From an uncultured cyanobacterium (lineage in GTDB: Bacteria; Cyanobacteriota; Cyanobacteriia; Cyanobacteriales; CAWCAG01), in the NCBI GenBank assembly GCA_963803805.1, contig CAWDOD010000003.1:603771-667770 (forward strand): a DNA stretch of 64,000 nt, in the 5' to 3' direction. Position 1 is the stretch's first letter. The number at the start of each line of letters is the position of its first letter. The notes under the pieces were generated by a model, which was given only the letters and a program-made list of their open reading frames with translations, was not told where the DNA came from and made no database searches. This document shows positions 39,831-49,141 of this stretch, in pieces. The translations under genes were made by a program, and so were the position numbers.

Positions 39831-41198
39831 TTAACATTCATAAACACATTGGCTAATACGTTCATTCACCTCCTGAAATAACTTCCTGGTTTTCTTTAAC
39901 TCTCTTTGTTTGCTCAAAAACTGTTGGAAACTAGCATGATAAATGCTGTAACAGGTTTCTCCTTCTATGACTTGCTGCTTGATATATTCCACCCATTGTT
40001 CCTCAAGAATCTTCTCCGTCTCGTATGCCTCACAATCGGCGATCGCCGTAATCATTTCGCAGGTGGGAGGGGTTGCCATTTCCACCAGAATAAACAGGAT
40101 AATCGCCATCAGTTTCTGCCCCGCCTCCTCCATGCCCATACGCTGCCAATGGGTTTGATAATATTCTTGCAAACCTTGGGGTAACTGTTGCAAGGAAAGA
40201 TTATCATAATATCCTTCTGCTAGGGCAGGGATGACGTAGCGGAGATACATGAAGTTGTTTTCACTTTTCTCGGCTAGCTGGGTAATAAATTCTGCTTCTG
40301 TTAACTGCTTGGTGGTTAACCAAGTTTGCAAAATGTTTTGATAATCGGGATCTTCATGGAGGAAGAAACGAATATAAGCCTGAATATCCTGCCTATTAAA
40401 ATCCTGATACTCAGCAGCCCCTAAATCTAACTCTTGCATCGGCACTCCTGGATCTACCCGTAAACGTTTCTTACCTTGGTTGTAGGGACGGCGGGTTAAT
40501 AAAAAATAGATGTTTGGGGGCAAGGTTGTGGGAAGATGGAGTAAGTTACTGCTGGGTTCTTGTTCCACTTCATCTAAGGCATCAACCACAATCACTACCT
40601 TCTCCCCTGGGGTAAGCTTTGTAGCCACCTTTCCCAACAAAGTGGCCAAGTCATCCCGTTCCACATTTGGTAATTGATAACGCCGTTGCAGTTGTGGCCG
40701 CAAACTGTTTAAACATAATTCTGGGCGGTTGCGCCCTTCCACGAGGATATTAAAAAAGCAAGGGGCATAATAATCATCAACATATTTAGCTGCGATCGCA
40801 CTTTTCCCCATACCCGCATCGCCAATCACCGTAAAATAACCACAATCATTCTCTTTAATAAAAGTTTGCAAACCCTGCCGTACAAAATCTCGCCCCACAA
40901 AGATACGAGTTTTTTCCTTAATTAAAGCCTCAAATTCAGCAGGCAAACTTTCACCATACCAATCTCGATGAGCAACAATATCTATCGGTTCAAGTTTAAC
41001 CACTTGTGCAATACGGCGAATCATCCGCCTTTCTATACCCTTGGTACAAGCTTTTGTTCCTAGCAAACGTTTAATAGTATCAGTAGAAACCCCAGCTTTT
41101 GTCGCCAAGCTTTCTTGAGTAAGCCCAGCTTCTTTGTAAGCAGCAATTAATCTCTGTTTTCCGGCGGGACTTGCTTCTAATTTATCTGATTCCAACAT
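39831..41198 (-). CDS. HTH(XRE-like)-STAND/NACHT-like ATPase-wHTH protein
   Basis: N-terminal GLTQESLATKAGVSTDTIKRLL HTH; FVGRDF; Walker A GDAGMGKS; Walker B VIVVDALDE; ENNFMYL, LPQGL, IYHASFQQFL. Confidence 0.88.
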   Translation of the reverse strand: MLESDKLEASPAGKQRLIAAYKEAGLTQESLATKAGVSTDTIKRLLGTKACTKGIERRMIRRIAQVVKLEPIDIVAHRDWYGESLPAEFEALIKEKTRIFVGRDFVRQGLQTFIKENDCGYFTVIGDAGMGKSAIAAKYVDDYYAPCFFNILVEGRNRPELCLNSLRPQLQRRYQLPNVERDDLATLLGKVATKLTPGEKVVIVVDALDEVEQEPSSNLLHLPTTLPPNIYFLLTRRPYNQGKKRLRVDPGVPMQELDLGAAEYQDFNRQDIQAYIRFFLHEDPDYQNILQTWLTTKQLTEAEFITQLAEKSENNFMYLRYVIPALAEGYYDNLSLQQLPQGLQEYYQTHWQRMGMEEAGQKLMAIILFILVEMATPPTCEMITAIADCEAYETEKILEEQWVEYIKQQVIEGETCYSIYHASFQQFLSKQRELKKTRKLFQEVNERISQCVYEC

Positions 41199-41257
41199 CA
41201 GGGTTTAGTTATTACAGTATTTTCAATTAGAATAACCGGAAGTATTTAGTAGAGTCT

Positions 41258-41421
41258 AGGGCAGTAAAGTTTATGGATGCTGCCCTATTTGCCCTCTTGA
41301 GAGATAGGAAGTTGTAGAAATTAAACGTTATTTGCCTACCATAAAGGGAGTTTACATTTTCATCATTTTATACTCTTTAAAACAGGGCAGGCGATCGCAC
41401 TTAAGAAAATCCATTTGCCCT
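41258..41421. promoter_or_regulatory. Two candidate operators AGGGCA-N26-TGCCCT in a divergent promoter region
   Basis: 41258-41295 and 41384-41421 have identical half-sites and spacing; -10-like TATTCT (minus, 41234-41229) and TAAGAT (plus, 41429-41434) adjacent. Confidence 0.6.
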
Positions 41422-41447
41422 GGATAGTTAAGATTTGATTGCTTAGC

Positions 41448-41783
41448 ATGAAAACATCAAGTAACCAAGTAACTAAGCAACAAGCAACCATGAAACTCTT
41501 TAGCAAAAGACAACCAGTTACTCAATCTTCCTTACTAGAAAAAGAAGTAATTGAAGAGTTATTAAGACAAACACGCCTCACCTTTAACTTAGCTTTAGTA
41601 GTAAGTGCAGTCTCTTCTATGATTACTTTATCGGGAGTAGGTTTACTTTACTCAAACAAAATAACCGCAGCTAGCTTAACCACTGGAGTAGGCGTTTTAG
41701 CCACCGCAAGTAGCCTTCAATTCGCCAAACAAGCCAAAGGGGATCTCAAAGATATAACATCATGTTTGGAAAATAAGCATTAA
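41448..41783 (+). CDS. Small two-TM protein, resembling cyanobacterial TRADD-N-associated membrane domain
   Basis: ELLRQTRLTFNLALVVSAVS...GVGLLYSNKITAASLTTGVG...QFAKQAKGDL; start could also be 41490. Confidence 0.65.
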   Translation: MKTSSNQVTKQQATMKLFSKRQPVTQSSLLEKEVIEELLRQTRLTFNLALVVSAVSSMITLSGVGLLYSNKITAASLTTGVGVLATASSLQFAKQAKGDLKDITSCLENKH

Positions 41784-41785
41784 TT

Positions 41786-41886
41786 GCTAATGGCTAATGG
41801 CTAATGGCTAGTGGCTAGTTGCTAATGGCTAATGGCTAATTGCTAGTGGCTAATTGAGCATTGTAGGGCTTGCCCTTGTCGTAGAC
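41786..41886 (+). repeat. Heptamer array (GCTAATG/GCTAGTG-like)x10 followed by the 25-bp dispersed repeat
   Basis: Units run 41786-41855; TGTAGGGCTTGCCCTTGTCGTAGAC at 41862-41886. Confidence 0.85.
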
Positions 41887-41981
41887 ATCATTGATAACTG
41901 ATAATTAATGTGCAAAGTAACAATATTTTGCTACTCTAAGTAACCGACCCTTCCAAAGCAACTATCTTCAAATCACTGGCT

Positions 41982-43784
41982 ATGCGAACCCATTATTGCG
42001 GCGAACTTCGTGCAGAATATCTAGACAAAACCGTCACCCTTTGCGGTTGGGTAGATCGATATCGCGATCATGGGGGGGTTATTTTTCTGGATTTGCGCGA
42101 TCGCACAGGGATAATTCAAATCGTTAGTGATCCTGAAAGAACCCCGGATTCCTACCCTATGGCAGAGTCTTTACGGAATGAATATGTGGTGCAAATCTCA
42201 GGAAGGGTTAGTAAACGCCCGGAAGACTCCCTTAATCCCAAATTGCCTACCGGAGAGGTAGAAATCTATGCTGATAGTATTGAACTTCTTAATGGGGTAA
42301 CGAAGCAATTACCTTTTCAAGTTTCTAGTACCGACACAGAAACTGTTAAAGAAGAATTGCGGTTGAAATATCGCTATTTAGATATGAGGCGGAATCGTCT
42401 CAACAAAAACCTACACCTCCGCCATCAGGTACTCAAAACTATTCGTCGCTTCCTCGAAGATGAATACAACTTTGTAGAGGTAGAAACCCCCATTCTTACC
42501 AGATCTACCCCTGAAGGGGCGAGGGACTATCTCGTACCTTCTAGGGTTAACCCAGGAGAATGGTACGCCTTACCCCAATCTCCTCAACTATTTAAACAGC
42601 TTTTGATGGTATCTGGCTTAGATAGATATTATCAAATTGCCCGTTGCTTCCGAGACGAAGACTTGCGGGCAGATCGACAACCAGAATTTACGCAATTGGA
42701 TATGGAAATGAGTTTCATGTCCCAAGAAGAAATCCTAGAATTAAATGAAGCTTTAGTTTGTCAAATTTTCCGAACCGTTAAAGGTATAGAAATACCTCGT
42801 CCGTTTCCCCGTCTTACCTATGCTGAAGCCATGAATCGCTACGGCACAGATAAACCAGACACTCGTTTTGCTCTAGAGTTGGTAGATGTAGCCGATATTG
42901 TCCAAGACTCTGGTTTTAAAGTCTTTTCTGGGGCTGTCAAGCAAGGGGGAACAGTGAAAGTTTTACCTATCCCGGAAGGAAGTAAAACCATCTCCAACGT
43001 TCGCATCAAACCAGGGGGAGATTTATTTAAAGAAGCTAGTGCAGCAGGTGCAAAGGGTATTGCTTATATTAGAGTCCGGGAAGAGGGGGAAATTGACACC
43101 ATCGGCGCAATTAAAGATAATCTTTCCCCAGAACAGAAACAGGAACTTTTGCAACGTACCAACGCTAAAGCTGGGCATCTCCTTTTATTTGGGGCGGGGG
43201 ACACAGCTACAGTAAATAAATCTTTAGATCGTTTGCGCTTGGTTATTGGGGAACAACTAGGTTTAATTGATGTTAATCAAAATAACTTATTGTGGGTAAC
43301 AGACTTCCCCATGTTTGAGTGGAACGAACAGGAAAAACGCCTAGAAGCCTTACACCATCCTTTCACTGCCCCCAACCCAGAGGATATTAAAGATTTAACA
43401 ACAGCCCGCGCCCTTGCTTACGACTTAGTTTACAATGGCGTAGAATTAGGAGGGGGTAGTCTACGCATCTACCAACGAGAGGTTCAAGAACAGGTGTTTG
43501 CTGCTATTGGCTTGTCTATAGAAGAAGCCTATGATAAGTTTGGTTTCTTACTAGAGGCTTTTGAATACGGAACACCGCCCCACGGCGGCATTGCCTATGG
43601 CTTAGATCGTTTGGTGATGTTATTGGCACAAGAAGATTCTATTCGAGAAGTAATTGCTTTCCCAAAAACCCAACAAGCGCGTTCTTTACTCACAGATGCT
43701 CCTGCTAAAGTAGACAAAAAGCAGCTTAAGGAGTTACACGTCGCTTCCACCATAAATCAAAATCATAGCCAAAAAAATCCTTAA
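41982..43784 (+). CDS. aspS: Aspartate-tRNA ligase
   Basis: [55 protein letters not shown]. Confidence 0.99.
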   Translation: MRTHYCGELRAEYLDKTVTLCGWVDRYRDHGGVIFLDLRDRTGIIQIVSDPERTPDSYPMAESLRNEYVVQISGRVSKRPEDSLNPKLPTGEVEIYADSIELLNGVTKQLPFQVSSTDTETVKEELRLKYRYLDMRRNRLNKNLHLRHQVLKTIRRFLEDEYNFVEVETPILTRSTPEGARDYLVPSRVNPGEWYALPQSPQLFKQLLMVSGLDRYYQIARCFRDEDLRADRQPEFTQLDMEMSFMSQEEILELNEALVCQIFRTVKGIEIPRPFPRLTYAEAMNRYGTDKPDTRFALELVDVADIVQDSGFKVFSGAVKQGGTVKVLPIPEGSKTISNVRIKPGGDLFKEASAAGAKGIAYIRVREEGEIDTIGAIKDNLSPEQKQELLQRTNAKAGHLLLFGAGDTATVNKSLDRLRLVIGEQLGLIDVNQNNLLWVTDFPMFEWNEQEKRLEALHHPFTAPNPEDIKDLTTARALAYDLVYNGVELGGGSLRIYQREVQEQVFAAIGLSIEEAYDKFGFLLEAFEYGTPPHGGIAYGLDRLVMLLAQEDSIREVIAFPKTQQARSLLTDAPAKVDKKQLKELHVASTINQNHSQKNP

Positions 43785-44011
43785 ATTTTTACCGTAGCAC
43801 ATCCCTGTTTTGGTAACGAAAGCTACAGCAAATTATATTTGTTGACTGATTTGTCTTCCCAAGTAGTGAATAAACTTATAACTGCTACGGGGAAATCTAG
43901 TCGTATGGCATCAGGTGTATCTAGATATATTCCCAGTACTTTAACGTAACTGGGAACTTTCGCGATACCGAAAGGTAAAACTATCGGTGCAGTAATTGAG
44001 ATGAACTTGAG

Positions 44012-46090
44012 ATGACTGACTTAACCAGGAGTAATAATCCAGATATGTTCTTTGCGAGATACAACCGCATTATTAGTCTCACTTTTATTGTTGTTATTGT
44101 TATTTCTCTCGGCGTATTTTTCTGGCAAATTAACTCACAATATAAGTACGAAATTAGTTTAATTCAAGACCATTTTGAAGAAGAAGTTATTTCTTTAGAT
44201 GAAATCTTAAAAACTAATACAGATTACATAGAAGCTTTGCGAATTAGAGCTAATTCTTTTTATGAAGTAAGCAAAGAAGATACTGACCATTCTCAACTTT
44301 TTAATAGCCTGCAATATAATCCTCAAGAAGACATTTATAGCTTAGATAATATTCCTTTTCCTTACAAAAGCCAATTAGTTGGTAACTTAACGGGTAAAGG
44401 TTCACTACAAGGTCGTTCCCCAGAATTTTACCGCGAGATTGAAATGGCTCTTGCCCTCAATCCTCTTTTAAATATTGCTTTACATATTATCCCTAATGAT
44501 GTCTGGGCTTTTTATATTTCTCGTAATAACTTTATCAACGCTTATCCTTGGAGAGATTCTCAAATAGCTAGTTTAAGTCAGGATTTTTATAACTACGAAT
44601 TTTATACTTTAGGTTTACCAGAAAACAACCCACAAGGGGAATTATTTTGGACAGAAATATATCAAGATCCTGTCAGCGATCGCTTGTTAGTAACCTCTGG
44701 GGCCCCTGTATATGAAGGGGAAGAATTTCGTGGCACAGTGGATCTTGATGTGGATTTGGCTATTTTCAATCAAATACTAACTAAGTTTAATTACAAAATA
44801 GGTGACAGTTTTTTAATTAATCAACATCAACAAATAATTGCTCCTCAAAATCAAGATTCAGCTATTCAATTAATCCAAAACACCCTGCCTCAAGCCCTTC
44901 AAGAAGAAGTTAGCTCTCTGCTAGAAAGCCAAGAAAAAGAAGTCCAAAGTATTGGTGCTTATCTATTTTTCCATCGTAACTTAGAGCAGTCACCTTGGAA
45001 GCTAATTTTCTTCAGCAAGAAATCAGCAATTATGATACCAATCATTAGTAAGAATATGCTGGTTTTAGGTATTCTCTACTCAAGCCTAATTTTAATGCTT
45101 TTAATTGCTAATTACCTGATTAAAAGAGAATTTATCGATCCTACTCGCCAATTAATTAATCACATTGAAGCTGAAAGTAAAAATCTTCATCCAGAAGTAC
45201 CTAAAATCCCCACTTGTTGGAATCCTTGGTTCCAAACTATTACCAAAACATTTGAAGAAAATCGCAAAATTACGGCTGAATTGATCCAAAGAGAAAAAAT
45301 GTCTAGCTTGGGTCAGTTAGTAGCAGGAGTTGCCCATGAAATTAATAATCCAGTTAACTTTATTTATGGCAACTTGAGCCATGCGAAGGAATATACAGAC
45401 GATTTAATAGAACTAGCTAAAGTTTATCAACTAAATTATCCTTATCCTAAACCGGCAGTTAAAAATAAAATCGAAGAAATTGACTTAGAGTTTCTCTTAG
45501 AAGATTTACCCAAAATTTTTGAATCTATGCAAGTAGGAACTAAACGCATTCGACAAATTGTCCTTTCCTTACAAAGTTTCTCTCGCCAAGACCAAGTAAA
45601 ATTAAAAGCTGTTGATATTCACGAAGGTATTGATAATACCTTAATGATTTTAGAAACTCGCTTAAAACCTCAAGGTAGCTTCCCCGGTATTAAAATTATC
45701 AAAGAATATAGTCAACTTCCTTTAACTGAATGTTTTTCTGGGCAATTAAACCAGGTATTCATGAACCTAATTTGTAATGCCATAGATGCCTTAGAAGAAA
45801 CCCATCAAGATTGCCATAAAATAACAATTCAAACGAGTTACGAAGAAAATAGTCATATCTTAGTGACTATTGCTGATAATGGGCCTGGATTAACAGAAGA
45901 AATCAAGCAACATTTATTTGAACCTTTTTTTACTACTAAACCTGTAGGTAAAGGAACAGGTTTGGGTTTGTCGATTAGTTTCCAGATCATGGAAAAATTG
46001 GGCGGCAAATTAGATTATCATTCTGTATTAGGAGAAGGAACAAAGTTTTTTATTGAGATTCCTATGCAATGTCAACTAATTGAGCATTAA
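44012..46090 (+). CDS. Membrane sensor histidine kinase with Cache-like periplasmic domain
   Basis: Two TMs, FWTEIYQD Cache-like motif, H-box AGVAHEINNP, N-box LNQVFMNL, KGTGLGL. Confidence 0.92.
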   Translation: MTDLTRSNNPDMFFARYNRIISLTFIVVIVISLGVFFWQINSQYKYEISLIQDHFEEEVISLDEILKTNTDYIEALRIRANSFYEVSKEDTDHSQLFNSLQYNPQEDIYSLDNIPFPYKSQLVGNLTGKGSLQGRSPEFYREIEMALALNPLLNIALHIIPNDVWAFYISRNNFINAYPWRDSQIASLSQDFYNYEFYTLGLPENNPQGELFWTEIYQDPVSDRLLVTSGAPVYEGEEFRGTVDLDVDLAIFNQILTKFNYKIGDSFLINQHQQIIAPQNQDSAIQLIQNTLPQALQEEVSSLLESQEKEVQSIGAYLFFHRNLEQSPWKLIFFSKKSAIMIPIISKNMLVLGILYSSLILMLLIANYLIKREFIDPTRQLINHIEAESKNLHPEVPKIPTCWNPWFQTITKTFEENRKITAELIQREKMSSLGQLVAGVAHEINNPVNFIYGNLSHAKEYTDDLIELAKVYQLNYPYPKPAVKNKIEEIDLEFLLEDLPKIFESMQVGTKRIRQIVLSLQSFSRQDQVKLKAVDIHEGIDNTLMILETRLKPQGSFPGIKIIKEYSQLPLTECFSGQLNQVFMNLICNAIDALEETHQDCHKITIQTSYEENSHILVTIADNGPGLTEEIKQHLFEPFFTTKPVGKGTGLGLSISFQIMEKLGGKLDYHSVLGEGTKFFIEIPMQCQLIEH

Positions 46091-46123
46091 TAATCTATAG
46101 CAATTTGATTCCCATGACAGCTT

Positions 46124-46540
46124 ATGAATGAGTTCAATTCAAATATTGATAGTTGGTTAGCAATTATTATTTTTTTAGCTGTTGTTAGCTCTATTGTAAT
46201 TGGCATCTTTCAAGCCAACTCATCAATAACGGCAATGCTAATTTCTTTTTCCTCTGCTGGGTTTATTATCTCCTTAATTATTGCCCTAGCTTTTCCTTGC
46301 AAGTATGTCTTAAAACAAGATCATCTACTTATTAAGTCAGGTTTATTCTATCGACAACATATACCTTACAGCAGAGTTGAAAATATTGAGTTAAGTTCAA
46401 ACCCAATTTCTGCTCCGGCACTGTCCCTCAAGAGAGTTAAAATAACTTTTGGGAGACGATTTCAGCTTGTATCTCCCCAAAATAGAGAAGAGTTCATAAT
46501 AGCTTTGAGGGAAAGAGTTTTTCTGGCCCGCCAGGAATAA
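46124..46540 (+). CDS. Membrane protein with bacterial PH domain
   Basis: Two TMs then YVLKQDHLLIKSG...IPYSRV...SAPALSLKRVKI...VSP. Confidence 0.8.
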   Translation: MNEFNSNIDSWLAIIIFLAVVSSIVIGIFQANSSITAMLISFSSAGFIISLIIALAFPCKYVLKQDHLLIKSGLFYRQHIPYSRVENIELSSNPISAPALSLKRVKITFGRRFQLVSPQNREEFIIALRERVFLARQE

Positions 46541-46662
46541 AAGCAAGGGAAACTTATTGGTATTGATAGCCAATTTTCTGCTTCTCCATTAGACTGTTTG
46601 ACTACCAGTTTATCGTCATTTCATCAAGAAATGGAATAGCAAAACCATGGCCGTTTGCCCCT

Positions 46663-47448
46663 TTAAATTCCTGCAAACTCATACTCCTCAAATACTGCTT
46701 TCGCTTCAGCAGAAAAGAGAAATTCTACTAATTCCTTAGCTGCTTCAGGGTTGGCACTACCAGTCACCACAGCAATAGGATAAACAATTGCAGAATGGCT
46801 ATTTGCTGGGGCGGTGGCCACTATTTTCACCCTAGGGGATACTTTCGCATCAGTTAGATAAACAATTCCTGCATCGGCGTTACCGGTGGCAACATAATAC
46901 AAAACCTGCCTGACATCTTTGCCGTAAACAACTTTAGATTGAATAGCATTGCTAATTTGTAAACTTCTAAGAATTTCCTGGGCATACTTACCTGCGGGGA
47001 CGCTTGCCGCTTCTCCTAATGCAATCTTCTTGACTGCATCCGTGGTTAAATCTGCAAAACTATTAATTTTTTGGTTATCTTGCTGAACAACTAACACCAT
47101 TTGGTTTTTAAGTAAGTTGCGGCGAGTTCCTTCAAGCAGTAAACCTTGATTTTGCAAAGCATCCATCTGTTGACTTGCCGCAGCCAGAAAAACATCTATC
47201 GGCGCACCCTGTTCAATTTGTCGTTGCAGGGAACCAGAAGCAGCAAAGTTATAAGTGATAGTAACTTGAGGATGTTTTTGTTCATACAACGGCTTGATTG
47301 TTTCTAAAGCATCCTTAAGGCTAGCTGCGGCGGAAACGATTAGTTCTTTTTTGGGGGAAGAATTATCTTGACTACAGCCAATCAATAAAGCAATTAAGCA
47401 GATTCCCAAAAGTGCCAATCGCCAAACAGATTTTTTGTTACGAGTCAT
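46663..47448 (-). CDS. modA: Molybdate ABC transporter substrate-binding lipoprotein
   Basis: Lipobox LIGC; SAAASLKDA, FAASGSLQRQIEQGAP, VPAGKYA, ADAGIVY. Confidence 0.95.
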   Translation of the reverse strand: MTRNKKSVWRLALLGICLIALLIGCSQDNSSPKKELIVSAAASLKDALETIKPLYEQKHPQVTITYNFAASGSLQRQIEQGAPIDVFLAAASQQMDALQNQGLLLEGTRRNLLKNQMVLVVQQDNQKINSFADLTTDAVKKIALGEAASVPAGKYAQEILRSLQISNAIQSKVVYGKDVRQVLYYVATGNADAGIVYLTDAKVSPRVKIVATAPANSHSAIVYPIAVVTGSANPEAAKELVEFLFSAEAKAVFEEYEFAGI

Positions 47449-47618
47449 AAATCCAATTTAACAATCCAAAATCAACAATCTGTCAATTGAACATTAACGG
47501 GTATAGGGATGGTGAGAGTACAAGGAATAGTAACAAGTGATAATACAACTAGCAACTAGCAATTAGCAATTGACCAAATAAAAGGTAAAATAGTGAGTCT
47601 CAACAATCTGCTCTACTA

Positions 47619-48953
47619 ATGCCAACTCAACCTACTAAAATTATTGTCTTAGATGATGATCCCACAGGTTCTCAAACCGTCCACAGTTGTTTGCTATTGA
47701 TGCACTGGGATGTAGAAACCTTGAGGTTAGGTATTCAGGATCAATCCCCGATCTTTTTTATCCTCACTAATACCCGTGCCTTAACTCCCCAGAAAGCAGA
47801 GGCTGTGACGCGAGAAGTTTGCCAAAATCTTAACCAAGCTTTAAAAGCAGAAGGGGTCAAAGATTTTCTGGTGGTTAGTCGTTCTGATTCTACTTTACGA
47901 GGGCATTATCCGGTGGAAACTGATGTGATTGCTGAGGAATTGGGGCCTTTTGATGCCCATTTTCTGACCCCAGCTTTTTTTGAAGGGGGAAGAATCACCC
48001 GTGATAGTGTACATTACCTCTTAGTTGACGGTAAAGAAGTACCCGTCCATGAAACAGAGTTTGCCCAGGATTCTGTTTTTGCCTACCAACATAGCTATCT
48101 ACCAGATTATGTGGCTGAAAAAACCCAAGGTAGAATTAAGAGTGAGGAAGTAGAGCGCTTTTTGTTAGGGGATATTCGTCAAGGCTGTCAGGAAACCTTA
48201 AGGAAATTAACCAATAATTGTTGTGGTGTGGTAGACGGGGAAAGCCAAGCCGACTTAGATCACTTTGCTGCCGATGTCTTAGCCGTAGCCACAGAGGGGA
48301 AACGCTTTTTGTTTCGTAGTGCCGCTAGTTTATTAACTTCCTTAGCGAATTTACCTCAACAGCCCGTTGCAGCCGAAGATATGGCCCAGTATACACCCAC
48401 AGATCAACCTGGTGTAGTTTTGGTGGGTTCCCATGTTAAGAAAACCACTCAACAATTAAAGCAATTACTGAAAGAATCAGAAGTGGTTGGTATAGAGTTA
48501 GAAGTAGCTAAGTTAAGGGACAATCGGTCAATTAAAGATGAATTGCGACAACAAATCGCCGCGGAGGTAAAAAAAGTTCACTCCCAAGGTAAAACTCCCG
48601 TTATTTATACTAGTCGAGAAGAATTAACCTTTGAAAATGTTCAGAAACGTTTAGATTTTGGTGCAGATGTTTCTCAACTATTAATGGAGATCGTTAAAGG
48701 ATTACCTGAAGAAATTAGCTTTTTGATTAGTAAAGGAGGAATCACTTCCAACGATGTTCTTAGTACTGGTTTAAACTTAAGATCTGCTAGACTATTAGGT
48801 CAAATTTTACCCGGATGTTCTTTGGTTAAAACAAGTTCTGATCATTCACTATTCCCCAATCTTCCTGTAGTTTTATTTCCTGGCAACGTCGGCGATGATC
48901 AAGGGCTAGCAACGGCTTACAAACGATTAAGGAGTAACAAGGTGACGGGGTGA
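47619..48953 (+). CDS. Four-carbon acid sugar kinase family protein (DUF1537)
   Basis: VLDDDPTGSQTV, SRSDSTLRGH, SKGGITS, FPGNVG. Confidence 0.9.
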   Translation: MPTQPTKIIVLDDDPTGSQTVHSCLLLMHWDVETLRLGIQDQSPIFFILTNTRALTPQKAEAVTREVCQNLNQALKAEGVKDFLVVSRSDSTLRGHYPVETDVIAEELGPFDAHFLTPAFFEGGRITRDSVHYLLVDGKEVPVHETEFAQDSVFAYQHSYLPDYVAEKTQGRIKSEEVERFLLGDIRQGCQETLRKLTNNCCGVVDGESQADLDHFAADVLAVATEGKRFLFRSAASLLTSLANLPQQPVAAEDMAQYTPTDQPGVVLVGSHVKKTTQQLKQLLKESEVVGIELEVAKLRDNRSIKDELRQQIAAEVKKVHSQGKTPVIYTSREELTFENVQKRLDFGADVSQLLMEIVKGLPEEISFLISKGGITSNDVLSTGLNLRSARLLGQILPGCSLVKTSSDHSLFPNLPVVLFPGNVGDDQGLATAYKRLRSNKVTG

Positions 48954-48983
48954 CTAGTGAAGTAATAAGTACAATGATAAAGT

Positions 48984-49113
48984 GGTGCGTTACGTGCTGA
49001 ACTAAACCTTCTGAAGCTAGTTTGAGATCTTGAAATGCACTAACACCCCCTACTCAATTTACGTTAAATAACCAAACCAAGTAGGGTGCTGTTAGCCCTA
49101 GGCGTAACGCACC
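48984..49113. repeat. Pair of oppositely oriented GTAG-type REP elements (..GTAACGCACC family)
   Basis: GGTGCGTTACG...CTAACACCCCCTAC (48984-49053) and GTAGGGTGCTGTTAG...CGTAACGCACC (49081-49113); partial copy near 61856. Confidence 0.75.
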
Positions 49114-49141
49114 ATTAAATCTGATAAATGTTAAATGTTAA

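Noticed and set aside
43881-43993. Cobalamin, c-di-GMP or hammerhead identity for the structured leader
   Set aside because: Required conserved cores (B12 box, GGCAAAC..GACGCAAAGC-type motif, CUGAUGA/GAAA) are absent on both strands; kept only as an unassigned candidate
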